A stretch of DNA of 64,000 nt from positions 1,307,200-1,371,199 of the forward strand of contig CAWDCV010000002.1 of the NCBI GenBank assembly GCA_963801015.1, given 5' to 3'. The notes beneath the pieces were generated by a model, which did not search any database, was not told the DNA's origin, and saw only the letters and a list, made by a program, of their open reading frames with translations. This stretch comes from an uncultured Actinomycetota bacterium. Lineage in GTDB: Bacteria; Actinomycetota; Actinomycetes; CAWDCV01. A program made the translations under genes and the position numbers. Positions 8,862 through 18,963 of this stretch are shown here, piece after piece. How positions within the stretch are numbered: position 1 is the stretch's first letter; every line of letters starts with the position of its first letter.

Positions 8862-10028
8862 TCAGTAGCTGCGCGGCAGGCCGAGGACATGCTCGCTGAG
8901 GTAGTTGAGCACCATCTCCTGGCTGATCGGCGCCAGCCGCTGCAACCGCGACTCGCGGAAGTAGCGCTCGACGTGGAACTCCTTGCCGAACCCGAACCCG
9001 CCGTGCGTCTGCAACGCGGCGTCCGCGGCACGGAAGGCAGCATCGGCAGCGAGGTACTTCGCCATGTTTGCCTCACGCCCGCAGGGCAGGTCGTGATCGA
9101 CCATCCAGGCGGCCTTCTTGCACATCTCGTCGGCAGCGTCGACGCGCATCAGCGCCTCGGCGAGGGGATGGGCAACAGCCTGGTTCTGCCCGATCGGTCG
9201 GCCGAAGACGACGCGGTCGTTCGCGTACGCCACCGCGCGGCGGATCGCGGCCCGGCCGATGCCGATGGACGCGTTGGCGGCGATGACTCGCTCGGCGTTC
9301 AAGCCGGACAGGATGGTGCGGAAGCCCTTGCCCTCCTCGCCCACGAGATCCTCGTCGGCGACGAACAGGTCGTCGATGAACAGCTCGTTGGTGTCAACCG
9401 CGTTGCGGCCCATCTTCGGGATCGGGCGGATCGAGACGTGGTCGCGATCCATGGGCGCGAACAGCAGCGTCAGCCCGTCGGTCTTCTTCGTCACCTGCGC
9501 CTTGGGCGTCGTCCGGCACAGGAGGAGAAAGCGCTCGGCCTCCTGCGCCTTGGTGATCCACACCTTCTTGCCCGTGACGAGGTAGCCGCCGTCGACCTTC
9601 TTCGCGAACGTCGTGATGTTCGTCGTATCGGTCCCCGCATCCGGCTCGGTGACCGCGAACGAGATGTGCAGGTCACCCGACGTCACGCGCGGCAGGAAGC
9701 GGTGCTTCAAATCCTCTGAGCCGTACTTGATCAGCGGCTCGAAGCCGAAGATGCCGATGTGGACGGCGCTGCAGCCGTTCATGCCGGCGCCGGATGCGGC
9801 GATCTCCTGTTCGACAATCGCTGCCTCGGTGACGCCGAGCCCGCCGCCGCCGTACTCCTCGGGGATGGTGATGCCGAGCCAGCCGGCCTTTGCGACGGCG
9901 TTGTAGAAGTCCCATGGGAACTCGTGGCTCTGGTCGTGCTCGTACCAGTACTCGTCGGGGAAATCACGACACATCTGCCGGACCGCGCTGCGGATGTCCT
10001 CGTGGATCGGGTCCTCGGCGTAGTCCAC
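8862..10028 (-). CDS. Acyl-CoA dehydrogenase
   Basis: FAVTEPDAGTD, GKKVWIT, RVVFGRPIGQNQ, HGGFGF, LGLPRSY; GGAGG RBS before GTG. Confidence 0.93.
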   Translation of the reverse strand: MDYAEDPIHEDIRSAVRQMCRDFPDEYWYEHDQSHEFPWDFYNAVAKAGWLGITIPEEYGGGGLGVTEAAIVEQEIAASGAGMNGCSAVHIGIFGFEPLIKYGSEDLKHRFLPRVTSGDLHISFAVTEPDAGTDTTNITTFAKKVDGGYLVTGKKVWITKAQEAERFLLLCRTTPKAQVTKKTDGLTLLFAPMDRDHVSIRPIPKMGRNAVDTNELFIDDLFVADEDLVGEEGKGFRTILSGLNAERVIAANASIGIGRAAIRRAVAYANDRVVFGRPIGQNQAVAHPLAEALMRVDAADEMCKKAAWMVDHDLPCGREANMAKYLAADAAFRAADAALQTHGGFGFGKEFHVERYFRESRLQRLAPISQEMVLNYLSEHVLGLPRSY

Positions 10029-10059
10029 GTGTTCCTCCGCTTCCGTGTCTCGTGCAATC

Positions 10060-10076
10060 ATGCTAATTGTGCGCAT
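10060..10076. promoter_or_regulatory. Putative 17-bp operator, site 2
   Basis: ATGCTAATTGTGCGCAT; overlaps the hydrolase ATG. Confidence 0.65.
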
Positions 10077-10821
10077 GGATATGGGTCAAGGCGGTGCACC
10101 GTTCGTCATCGTTCACGGAGGCCGGCAGGGCGGCTGGTCGTGGCAGCGGGTGGCGCGGCGACTGCGCTCCCTGCGCCATGAGGTGCTGACGCCGACGCTC
10201 ACCGGAGTCGGCGAGCGGGCCCACCTGCTCCAGCCCGACATCGACCTGGATGCGCACGTTGCGGACCTGCTGGCCGTACTTGAGTACGAGGACGTGCGGG
10301 ACGCGGTCCTGGTCGGGCACAGCTACGGCGGCATGGTGATCACCGCGGCGTGCGAGGCGATGCCGCCGGGGCGGATCGGGTCGCTGATCTACTTCGACGC
10401 GCTGCTGCCGCGTCCTGGTGAGAACGCGTACGACCTCATGAACCCGGCGATCACCGCCGACCTGCGCGCAGCCGTCGCGTCACAGGGAGACGGGTGGCGA
10501 GTCCCGGCGCGGACTGGGCGGGGGGTGTTCGGGCTGACCGACCCGGCCGACGTGGCGTGGGCGGGCGCGCGGCTGACCGACCAGCCGGCGCGGACGTATG
10601 AGCAGCCGCTGCGCAGCGACGCTGCGGCGTCGGCGTATCCGCGAGCGTTCATCCGGTGCACAGACCCGGCGGTCATCCCTGACGATGTCGTCGATCGAGC
10701 GCGCAGGGACCCGTCGTGGCACTACAGCGAGATCGCGGGTCCGCACGCGGCGATGATCTCCGCGCCGGACGTCGTCGCCGACGCCTTGGTGACGGCCGCA
10801 GCTGCGTTGGCACGGTCGTGA
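10075..10821 (+). CDS. Alpha/beta hydrolase (esterase-like)
   Basis: VHGG oxyanion motif, GHSYGG nucleophile, C-terminal His (GPHAAM). Confidence 0.9.
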   Translation: MDMGQGGAPFVIVHGGRQGGWSWQRVARRLRSLRHEVLTPTLTGVGERAHLLQPDIDLDAHVADLLAVLEYEDVRDAVLVGHSYGGMVITAACEAMPPGRIGSLIYFDALLPRPGENAYDLMNPAITADLRAAVASQGDGWRVPARTGRGVFGLTDPADVAWAGARLTDQPARTYEQPLRSDAAASAYPRAFIRCTDPAVIPDDVVDRARRDPSWHYSEIAGPHAAMISAPDVVADALVTAAAALARS

Positions 10822-10977
10822 AGATCGGCGTGAGCGCTACGCCGGCCGTGTAGATCGCCGTGACATCGCTACGGCCGGCCGTGTAGATCGCCGTGACATC
10901 GCAACGCCCGGCCGTGTAGATCGCCGTGAGCGCGAGCCCGTCTGTGCGCGTGCTGAACTTTCACGACGATCTACACG
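10817..10977. repeat. REP-like cluster: 4 direct + 1 inverted copies of CGTGWAGATCGNCGTGA
   Basis: Direct copies at 10817, 10847, 10880, 10913; inverted copy 10961-10977; same family at 57504-57629. Confidence 0.85.
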
Positions 10978-11001
10978 ACTAGCCCCGCAGGGCGTGCCGG
11001 G

Positions 11002-11721
11002 TCAGCGCTGGGCGAGCGCCGCCTCGCCGAGGAACGCCCGCAGCACCGAGGCGTGCGAGCGTGCTGCGTCGGCTGGGCCACTGAACACAACCTCGCCGCG
11101 AGCCATCGCCGACACTTCGTCAGCGACGTCGAGACCGGCCTCGGCGTTCTGCTCGACCATGAGGATCCCGATGCCGGCGTCGGCCATGGTCCGCACGCTG
11201 CCGAGCACCGTCTCGACCATGGTCGGCGCGAGGCCCATCGACGGCTCGTCGAGCAGAATGATCTTCGGCTGAGCCATCAGCGCCCGCCCGAACGCGAGCA
11301 TCTGTTGCTCGCCGCCGCTGAGGAGGCCGGCTGCGCCGCCGCGCCGCTCCTTCAATACCGGGAACATCTCGAAGACCCGGTCGAGCGACTCATCGAGTTT
11401 GCCGCGCGGCGCCGTGAAGGCACCCATGCGCAGGTTCTCCTGCACGGTCAGCGGGCCGAAGATCTTGCGACCCTCGGGAACGAGCACCATGCCGGCCTGG
11501 ACAACCTTGTGCGCGTGCGCGCCGGTGATGTCGTTCCCCTCCAGCGTGACTGTGCCAGCTTTGGGCGCATGGGCTCCGGCGGCAGCGCGCAGCGTCGTCG
11601 TCTTGCCGGCACCGTTCGCGCCGAGAACGAGAGTGACTCGGCCTTGCGTCGCGGACAGAGTGACGCCACGGACGGCCTCGACCTTGCCGTAGCTCACGTA
11701 CAAGTCGCGGATCTCAAGCAC
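11002..11721 (-). CDS. Liv-type ABC transporter ATPase (LivF-like)
   Basis: GANGAGKTT, LSGGEQQM, LLDEPSMGL, VEQN. Confidence 0.93.
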   Translation of the reverse strand: MLEIRDLYVSYGKVEAVRGVTLSATQGRVTLVLGANGAGKTTTLRAAAGAHAPKAGTVTLEGNDITGAHAHKVVQAGMVLVPEGRKIFGPLTVQENLRMGAFTAPRGKLDESLDRVFEMFPVLKERRGGAAGLLSGGEQQMLAFGRALMAQPKIILLDEPSMGLAPTMVETVLGSVRTMADAGIGILMVEQNAEAGLDVADEVSAMARGEVVFSGPADAARSHASVLRAFLGEAALAQR

Positions 11722-12514
11722 GGCGCCCCCACCGCTTCCCCAGGTAAGCCTCGCGGACGCTGTCCTCGCGCACGACGTCCTCCGGTTGCCCCTCGGCGAT
11801 CAGCTTTCCGAAGTTCATGGCGATCAGCCAGTCGCAGGTATCGAGCATCATCTGGACGTCGTGCTCGACGAGGAGCTGCGTCAACCCCTCCTGCTTCAGG
11901 TCTCGCAGCAGCTGCGAGACCTCGTGCCGCTCGCCGGAGTTCATGCCGGCCGTCGGTTCGTCGAGCAGGAGCAGCCGCGGCCGGGTGGCGATGGCGCGGG
12001 CGATCTCGACCCGTCGCTGCGAGCCGTACGAGAGCTCGCCCGGCCACGCTCGCTCGAGCCCGGACAGCCCGGTGCGCTGGATGGCCGCGTCGACCTCGTC
12101 GGCTTCCGGAGTCGACCCCGCACCATTGCGCGATCGGCGCAGCCCAGAGAGCACCCCGCCGCCAGCCGCCAGGTCGGCGCCGAGCTCGATGTTCTCGCGT
12201 ACGGTCAGGCCGGGCAGCAGTCGCACGGTCTGGAACGTCCGCGCCACGCCGCGGCGCGCGACCTGCGCGGTCGGCACCGTGTCGTACTCCTCGCCGGCGA
12301 GCCGAAGCGACCCCGCCGTCAGGTTGACGTAGCGCGTGAACGCGGCGAGCAGCGTGCTCTTGCCCGAGCCGTTCGGCCCAAGGATGCCGAAGATCTTGCC
12401 CGGCGTGATGTCGAACGTGATGCCGTCGACAGCCTTGACGCCGCCAAAGTGCACCTTGACGTCGCGAACCTCGAGCACCGGTGTTTCGACCGCGGTGGCG
12501 CTCGGCGTGCTCAT
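11714..12514 (-). CDS. Liv-type ABC transporter ATPase (LivG-like)
   Basis: GPNGSGKST, ARTFQ, LSYGSQRR, LLDEP, VEHD, VREAYLG. Confidence 0.93.
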   Translation of the reverse strand: MSTPSATAVETPVLEVRDVKVHFGGVKAVDGITFDITPGKIFGILGPNGSGKSTLLAAFTRYVNLTAGSLRLAGEEYDTVPTAQVARRGVARTFQTVRLLPGLTVRENIELGADLAAGGGVLSGLRRSRNGAGSTPEADEVDAAIQRTGLSGLERAWPGELSYGSQRRVEIARAIATRPRLLLLDEPTAGMNSGERHEVSQLLRDLKQEGLTQLLVEHDVQMMLDTCDWLIAMNFGKLIAEGQPEDVVREDSVREAYLGKRWGRRA

Positions 12515-13489
12515 CTTGGGCTCCGCTCGTCGACCGTCCCGAGCGATGCCAGCGCTGCCTCGGCCCGCGCCTCGCTGTCCTCGGCCTCGGCCTGCGCCGC
12601 GGCCGCAGCCGGCACCGATTCCTCCGCTCGGATGACCGGCCGGCGCCGCCGCTGCCAGCGCCGCCAGCCGTCCTTCATGACGCCGAGCAGGCCGCCGGGC
12701 ATGAAGATCGCCGCCAAGGCGACGAGCGTGCCGTACACGAGGTGCTGCCACTCACCGATCTGCTCGAGCACCGATGGCAGCCAGGTGAAGATCACCGCAC
12801 CGATCAGGGCCCCCACCCAGGAGGCCGTGCCGCCGATGATCATCATCGTGAGTGCGAGGACGACGAGAATGAAGCCGATGTCGCCCGGCCCGATCGTCGT
12901 CCGAACGATGGCGTTCATCGCCCCCGCCGTCGCTCCGAGCGCGCCGCTCGCCACGAAGGCCGCCTGGCGGTACCGCCGCACGTTGACACCGACCGATGCC
13001 GCCAGCTCGGGATCCTCCCGGACCGCTTCGATGCGCCGACCGAGCGCCCCTCGTTCGGTGTACGCCAGACGCGAGGACCGCGACGAGCGCAAAAGCCAGC
13101 AGCATCACTGTCGGCAGGTCGGCGAGCACGCCGAACAGGCCGATGACCCCACCGGTCAGCTGTCCGCCATTGATCGCTACGACGGCGATGATCAGCGTGA
13201 ACGCGATCGTGGCCATGCCGAGGTAGAGACCAGCGAGCCGGGCGACGACCAGGCCGAGAACGAAACACACCACGACCCCGACGACCATCGCGCCGAGGAT
13301 CGCGACCACCGCTGATACCTGGCGCTCGAGGATCAGGATGGCGGCGGTGTAGCCGCCGATGCCGTACGCGCCCACGCCGGCGAACGAGAAGACGCCGAAC
13401 CGGAAGGGCACCTGCAGGCTCAGCGCCAGCAGCAGGTTGATGATCGTCCCCTGAACGAGGACGAAGTTCGCGTCGTACCAGTCGATCAT
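12511..13489 (-). CDS. ABC permease (LivM-like); apparent frameshift near 13071
   Basis: Hydrophobic; GLYLGMATIAF, then GRRIEAVRED..A..GVN in another frame. Confidence 0.85.
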
Positions 13490-13499
13490 GTCGGCGACC

Positions 13500-14390
13500 T
13501 CACGTTCGACGCACTTCGGCTCGACCGAACAAGCCCTGCGGGCGGATCAGCAGGACCAGGAAGATGATGCCGAATGACACGGCGCCGACCCAGGTCCCCG
13601 ATGTCTCGGTCAGCACGATCGTCTCGATCAGCGCGAGGGCGAACGACCCGACCACCACGCCGGCCACGCTGCCGACGCCGCCCAGGATCACGGCGGCGAA
13701 CGCCTTGACGAGCAGGGTGTCGCCGCTCTCCGGCGTGATCGCACCGAGGTTGAGCGTGAGAAGCACACCGGCGAGGCCCGCGAGCGCTCCGGCGACAGCC
13801 ATGATGCCGATTGCCATTCGGCCGCGGTTCACGCCCATGAGCGATGTCGTCTCGCTGTCGACGCCGATCGCCCGCAGCGCCAGGCCGCGACGCGACCGCT
13901 GCAGCCAGTAGGCCATCACGGCGCTGATGCCGAGACCGGCCACGATGATGATGATCTGGGTGGTGCTGATGCGCGCGCCAAGGAATTCGTACGTCTTGGA
14001 CGTGAACGTCGTCGAGGTGAAGCCGAACGGGTTGCTGCGCGTCTGGTACTGCGCGATTGCCAGCGGAATCGTCGCGACGCCGATGGCAGCGATCAGAATT
14101 TGCAGCTCGGCGGTCCGGAAGTCCTTGGCTCGGCGCAGGATCGGTTCGAACACGAGCACTTCGGTCGCCACCGACATCAGCGCACCGACGGTGACGCCGA
14201 TCGCCACCAGCCCGAGCAGCGACAGCTCCACGCGCTGGTCGACGAGGTAGGTGACGAAGGCGGCGAACATGAAGTTGACGCCGTGCGCGAAGTTGAGGAT
14301 GCCGATGGTCCCCCAGACCACGCTCATCCCCAGCGCGAACAGCAGGTAGATCGAGCCCAGCGACACGGCACTGATCAGGTTCTGCAGCAT
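13500..14390 (-). CDS. ABC permease (LivH-like)
   Basis: GILNFAHG, GLALRAI, KAFAAVILGGVGS, RPQGLFG. Confidence 0.92.
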   Translation of the reverse strand: MLQNLISAVSLGSIYLLFALGMSVVWGTIGILNFAHGVNFMFAAFVTYLVDQRVELSLLGLVAIGVTVGALMSVATEVLVFEPILRRAKDFRTAELQILIAAIGVATIPLAIAQYQTRSNPFGFTSTTFTSKTYEFLGARISTTQIIIIVAGLGISAVMAYWLQRSRRGLALRAIGVDSETTSLMGVNRGRMAIGIMAVAGALAGLAGVLLTLNLGAITPESGDTLLVKAFAAVILGGVGSVAGVVVGSFALALIETIVLTETSGTWVGAVSFGIIFLVLLIRPQGLFGRAEVRRT

Positions 14391-14431
14391 GCTGCCCTTC
14401 CCTTTCGTCCCTCCGTCACACACGGCGAGAC

Positions 14432-14460
14432 GGGGCGGAGGCCGTCGCGACCTCCGCCCC
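14432..14460. terminator. Intra-operon hairpin downstream of the SBP gene
   Basis: GGGGCGGAGG-N9-CCTCCGCCCC perfect 10-bp stem. Confidence 0.6.
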
Positions 14461-14470
14461 TGACCCGACC

Positions 14471-15673
14471 TCAGAGGTCTGTGAGAATGATCTCCTTGGT
14501 GCCGTCCCATTGCACTACCAGGCCGGGAAGTCGGGCGTCGTTGCCCTCGAAGGTGATCTCACCGAGGGCGCCGGTGAATCCTTCGCCGGCGATGGACTGC
14601 AGCCCTGCCTGAGTCCCCGCGCGGTCACAGCCCTCGGCGATCGCGCGCGCCAGCCAGTACGTCCCGTCGTACGCCTCCGCCGCGTAGTTCAGCGGGTTCT
14701 CGCCGTACTCCGTGTTGTACGCCTCGACGAAGGCCTGCGTCGATTCGCCCTCTTCCTCGTAGTTGAACGTCGCGGGCCACGTCATGCCGGCGCCGTCCTG
14801 CCCGGCAGGCGCCAGGTTGCCTGCACCCGCACCGGAGTTGCCGATAACGGGGCCGGTGAAGCCGGCTTGCCGCAGCTGCCGCATCGCCGTCGGGTTCTGC
14901 GCGCCGACGAGGAGGATCGCCATCATGTCGGGATCGCCCTCGAGACCCTGCGAGATCGGTGCGGTGAAGTCCTGCGTGGCCAGCGGGACGCCCACCGACG
15001 CCTGAATCTCCACGCCGGTTTCCTCGGCAATGTCGGGAAGGGTCGTCGTGGCGATTCCGTTCAGCGTCGGGAAGTCGCTGGTGTAGACGACGCTCATCGT
15101 CTCCACGCCCTCGGACGTGATGTAGTCGGCGATCTTCGTGTAGTACGTCGCCATCGGCGGGGTGATGCGGAAGGTGTAGTCGCCGATCACGACGCCATCG
15201 CTGCCCGCCTGGGAGAACACGATCGGGAGCTGGCCGCGCTCGGCCACCGGGGCCACCGCTACCGCGGTGCCACTGGTCACCGGGCCAAAGGCAGCGACGT
15301 ACTCGTCGTTGCTGATGGCCTCCGTCGCCTGGCTGGCCGCAGTCTGAGCGTTGCCGGCAGTGTCGGAGTACTCCACGACCAGCGTGCTGTCACCGAGGAT
15401 CTCGGCCTGCTCGTTGATCTCCTTGACTGCGAGCTCGACGCCCTTCTGAGCAGACAGGCCCGCAAATGCCGCGGGTCCGGTGAGCTCTTGGATCGCCGCA
15501 ACCTTCACCTCACCGGGGAGCTCGCAGCTGCCGCCACCGCCACCGGCCGCTGTCCCGCCGCCGCTGTCCTCGTCGCCGCCACCGGACCCACAGGCGGCGA
15601 GGGCCAGGAGCGCGGCGGACAGGACGGCTGCCATCCACCCCCGACGCGCCGTCCCCGAACGGTGTGCGCCCAT
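14471..15673 (-). CDS. ABC substrate-binding lipoprotein (LivJ/K-type fold)
   Basis: Lipobox LAAC, LTGPAAFAG..GVELAVKEIN, AAEAYD; GGAGG RBS before ATG 15673. Confidence 0.92.
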   Translation of the reverse strand: MGAHRSGTARRGWMAAVLSAALLALAACGSGGGDEDSGGGTAAGGGGGSCELPGEVKVAAIQELTGPAAFAGLSAQKGVELAVKEINEQAEILGDSTLVVEYSDTAGNAQTAASQATEAISNDEYVAAFGPVTSGTAVAVAPVAERGQLPIVFSQAGSDGVVIGDYTFRITPPMATYYTKIADYITSEGVETMSVVYTSDFPTLNGIATTTLPDIAEETGVEIQASVGVPLATQDFTAPISQGLEGDPDMMAILLVGAQNPTAMRQLRQAGFTGPVIGNSGAGAGNLAPAGQDGAGMTWPATFNYEEEGESTQAFVEAYNTEYGENPLNYAAEAYDGTYWLARAIAEGCDRAGTQAGLQSIAGEGFTGALGEITFEGNDARLPGLVVQWDGTKEIILTDL

Positions 15674-15691
15674 CCCTACCTCCATTTAGAT

Positions 15692-15717
15692 GTGAATATC
15701 ATGCGCATGATTGGCAT
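15692..15717. promoter_or_regulatory. Putative operator, site 3 (two overlapping copies)
   Basis: GTGAATATCATGCGCAT (15692-15708) and ATGCGCATGATTGGCAT (15701-15717). Confidence 0.7.
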
Positions 15718-15820
15718 GTGAAGGTTCACCGTAGGGGTCGGTGAGGCGCGTTGTCCAGTGCCTGTTCCCGAGCTGTGACATGGGTGTTACACAGGCTCGA
15801 CGGTCGACCGGAGGGATGCC

Positions 15821-17980
15821 GTGGAGACGTCAGGATCTCAGCCGGGGCTACTCCTGCGACCGCTGCTTACGCCGGGCAGCGTGGCCGTGCTCGGAGCGTC
15901 ACCGCGCGCGGGCGGCCATGCCGGCCGGTTGGTCGCGAACCTCGACCGGACCGGCTACACCGGCCGGGTGTTCCCCGTCAATCCGAAGTACGAGCACATC
16001 GGGCAGCATCGCTGCTACCCGTCGATCCTCGATATCGAGGAGCCGGTCGACGCGGCGTACGTGCTGCTGCCCGCGGCGGGCGTCGTCGAGGCGGTGACGC
16101 AGTGCGCGCAGGTCGGCGTGCCCGTGGTCGTCGTCTGCACGTCCGGCTTCGCCGAGCTGGGCGATGAGGGACGCAAGCAGCAGGCGCGCCTGCTCGACGT
16201 GACCCGAGCGTCGGGCACCCGCCTGCTTGGTCCCAACTGCATCGGCGTGCTGAACGTGGTCGACCGCTTCGTCGGTTGCCCGACCTTCAATCTCACGGAG
16301 GACTTCACTCCTGGCATCATCAGCGTGCTCAGCCACAGCGGCGGCATGGGTACGGTCATCGTCAACCGGGCACAGGCGCGCCGGATCGGCATCCGCGCGA
16401 TGGTGAGCCTGGGAAACGAAGCCGACCTCGAGATGGCCGAGCTGGTCGACGTGCTCGTCGACGATCCGGCCACGCGCTGCGTGTGCCTGTTCGTCGAGCA
16501 GCTGCGCGACGGTCCTCGGTTCGTGGCGGCCGCCGAGCGGGCGCGGGCTGCTGGCATCCCGATCGTGGTGGTGAAGTCCGGCCGGTCTGAGGCCGGAGCG
16601 CGCACCGTGCTCGGGCACACCGGAGCGCTGGCCGGTGATGCCGCCGTGTTCTCGGCGGTGCTGCGCGAACTGGGCGCGGTGGAGGTGCGCGGCATCGACG
16701 AGATGCTCGATGCGGCGCTGGTGCTCACTCAGTGCCGGGCGCCGGACGGTCCGCGGCTGGGTGCAGTGTCACCGTCGGGCGGTGAGACCGGGTACGTTGC
16801 GGACTGGGCGTCGGATCGCGGTCTGGTTCTGCCCGCTGTGCAGCCGGACACCGAGAACGCGCTGCGCCCCATGATGCGTTTCGGGACGCCCGGCAACCCG
16901 CTCGACCCGACGGGCGCGGTCATCGGCGATCGCGAGCTACTGCACCGAATGCTCGACGTGTTCGTCGCCGACGATGGCTTCGACATGGTGCACGTTGCGA
17001 TCCCCGCGTGGGGCGTGTACGACGCGACGGCGCTGCTCCCGACCTTTGTCGACGCCGCTCGTACAGCAACCAAGCCGGCGGTGATCTCCAGCTGGAGCGC
17101 TGGACGGCTCACCGAGGCGGCGGACGAGCTCCTGCTCAGCTGCGGGGTGCCCGTGCTGCCGAGCTCCGACCGCGCCGTTGTCGCGCTCGCACACCTGCAC
17201 AACTACTGGCACCGGCAGCTCGCGCTCCGCGCGGAGGCGCCACCACCGCTGTCGCTTGCCGCGCCCGCTGCGGTCGATCCCACGGAGTACGACGCGAAGC
17301 GTTGGCTCGCGAGCGAGACGGGCATCGCCGTCGCCCGCGAGGTGGTCGTCACCCGGCCCGACGAGGTCGTCCATACGGTGCGGCAGTTGCAGCGGCCGCT
17401 TGTCCTCAAGCTGCTCGCGCGCGACGTGGTCCACAAGTCCGACATCGGCCTGGTCGAGCTGGACCTGCGGACCGGTGAGGAGCTGGGAGTGGCCGCCGAC
17501 CGCCTGGCGGAGCGAGCCACGCAACTCGACCTCGACGTCGAGGGTTACCTGGTGGCGGAGCAGGCGAGCGGCCTGGAGGTGCTGGTCGGCGGCCTGCAGG
17601 ACGCGACGTTCGGCCCGATCGTCGCTCTCGGTGCCGGCGGGCTGCTCACCGAGTACCTCGCGGACACCGCGTTCCTGCTGTGCCCGGCGAGCGTGGAGCA
17701 GGTCAGACAGGCGCTGGCGAGGCTGGCGCTGCATCGGCTGCTGTCGGGTGCCCGCGGCCAGCACTACGACGTCGACGCGCTAGTGCGACTGGTTGTCGAG
17801 GTGTCCCGCATCCTCGCCGGCTCACCGTGGCTGGCGGAGCTCGACCTCAACCCCGTCATCGTCCGACCGCACGGGCAAGGATGCGTGGTGGTCGACGCGA
17901 TGCTGCGTGTCACTCGGCCGGCAGATCCGGCAGATCCGGCAGATCCGCTCGTGGCTCGATCTCACGCAGCGCCGGGATGA
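15821..17980 (+). CDS. Acetate--CoA ligase family (ADP-forming acyl-CoA synthetase, fused alpha-beta)
   Basis: SVAVLGAS, GPNCIG, SHSGG, GHTGALAG (phospho-His), HKSDIG, ELDLNP. Confidence 0.92.
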   Translation: METSGSQPGLLLRPLLTPGSVAVLGASPRAGGHAGRLVANLDRTGYTGRVFPVNPKYEHIGQHRCYPSILDIEEPVDAAYVLLPAAGVVEAVTQCAQVGVPVVVVCTSGFAELGDEGRKQQARLLDVTRASGTRLLGPNCIGVLNVVDRFVGCPTFNLTEDFTPGIISVLSHSGGMGTVIVNRAQARRIGIRAMVSLGNEADLEMAELVDVLVDDPATRCVCLFVEQLRDGPRFVAAAERARAAGIPIVVVKSGRSEAGARTVLGHTGALAGDAAVFSAVLRELGAVEVRGIDEMLDAALVLTQCRAPDGPRLGAVSPSGGETGYVADWASDRGLVLPAVQPDTENALRPMMRFGTPGNPLDPTGAVIGDRELLHRMLDVFVADDGFDMVHVAIPAWGVYDATALLPTFVDAARTATKPAVISSWSAGRLTEAADELLLSCGVPVLPSSDRAVVALAHLHNYWHRQLALRAEAPPPLSLAAPAAVDPTEYDAKRWLASETGIAVAREVVVTRPDEVVHTVRQLQRPLVLKLLARDVVHKSDIGLVELDLRTGEELGVAADRLAERATQLDLDVEGYLVAEQASGLEVLVGGLQDATFGPIVALGAGGLLTEYLADTAFLLCPASVEQVRQALARLALHRLLSGARGQHYDVDALVRLVVEVSRILAGSPWLAELDLNPVIVRPHGQGCVVVDAMLRVTRPADPADPADPLVARSHAAPG

Positions 17981-18956
17981 CCTCGCGGCCGAGGTCGCGT
18001 ACCAGCGCGATGGCGTCGTCGGCGCTCATCGACGGCCACTGCGGCCGGAGCAGCAACGGCTCGATAGGGAACGCGCGAGCGAGCGACTGCACCTGGGCGA
18101 TCACCTGCTCGGGCGTACCGAGCAGCGCGTGCCGGCGGACAAGATCGGTGAAGTGCTCGTCCACGTCAGCCTCGCCGTACACGTCCAGACCGCGCTGGGT
18201 GTAGGCCAGGTAGCGGTCGCGGGACACGGCGAGGTAGCGCTCGACGGCGTCCTCGGTGCCGCGACCGAGCATGACGTTGCGCCGCAGCGGCTGCGGTGTC
18301 ATCGGCCGGCCGCGTGCGGCGAAGCCGTCTCGTACGGCCTCGAGCCGCTCGCGGATCTCGTGCGGTTCGGCTTCCGGGTTGCTGACATAGCCGTCACCGA
18401 GGCGCCCGGCCCGGCGCGCACCGGCAATCGCGACGCCGCCGACCCAGATCGGTGGGTGCGGTGCCTGGATGGGCCGCAGGTGCGGCCGGACGTCGCGCAG
18501 CTGCCAGAAGCGTCCCTCGTAGGTGACCTCGTCCTGCGTCCAGAGCAGCGGCAGCAGCTCGAGCATCTCGTCCAGCCGTGGGGCACGCTGCTTGTACGGG
18601 ATGCCGAGCGCCTCGAACTCCTCGGCGCGGTAGCCGAGGCCGACGCCGAAGACGTACCGGCCCTCGGTCACCACGTCGAGGGTCGCGATCTCCTCCGCGA
18701 GCAGCACCGGATGGTAGAGCGGAGCGATCACGATGTTCGAGATGAGTCGCACGTGCGGCTCGACGTCGGCAGCCAATCGCGCCAGCAGGGGGATCGGCTG
18801 CAACCAGCGCAGGTCGCCGTACAGGAAGTGTTGGCCGAGGCAGAAGTCGGTGCAGCCGGCCTTCTGCGCGGCCTCGACGAGCCGGCGGATGTCGGCGAAT
18901 TGCGTGGCTGCGGGTAGATCCGCGCGTACGTCGCTGAGGTGGATGCCGACTCTCAT
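17910..18956 (-). CDS. LLM-class (luciferase-like) oxidoreductase 1
   Basis: GQHFL, PLYHPVLLAEEIATLD, GVGLGYR, PPIWVGG, RRAGRLGDG. Confidence 0.9.
   Translation of the reverse strand: MRVGIHLSDVRADLPAATQFADIRRLVEAAQKAGCTDFCLGQHFLYGDLRWLQPIPLLARLAADVEPHVRLISNIVIAPLYHPVLLAEEIATLDVVTEGRYVFGVGLGYRAEEFEALGIPYKQRAPRLDEMLELLPLLWTQDEVTYEGRFWQLRDVRPHLRPIQAPHPPIWVGGVAIAGARRAGRLGDGYVSNPEAEPHEIRERLEAVRDGFAARGRPMTPQPLRRNVMLGRGTEDAVERYLAVSRDRYLAYTQRGLDVYGEADVDEHFTDLVRRHALLGTPEQVIAQVQSLARAFPIEPLLLRPQWPSMSADDAIALVRDLGREVIPALREIEPRADLPDLPDLPAE
17918..17947. repeat. (CCGGCAGAT)x3.3 tandem repeat inside a convergent gene overlap
   Basis: Reads PADPADPADP on + and DLPDLPDLP on -. Confidence 0.85.
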
Positions 18957-18963
18957 GCGGCCC

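Noticed and set aside
10817-10977. Possible mini-CRISPR array
   Set aside because: Spacers are only 13-16 bp and nearly identical, one unit is inverted, and there are no cas genes; REP-like instead
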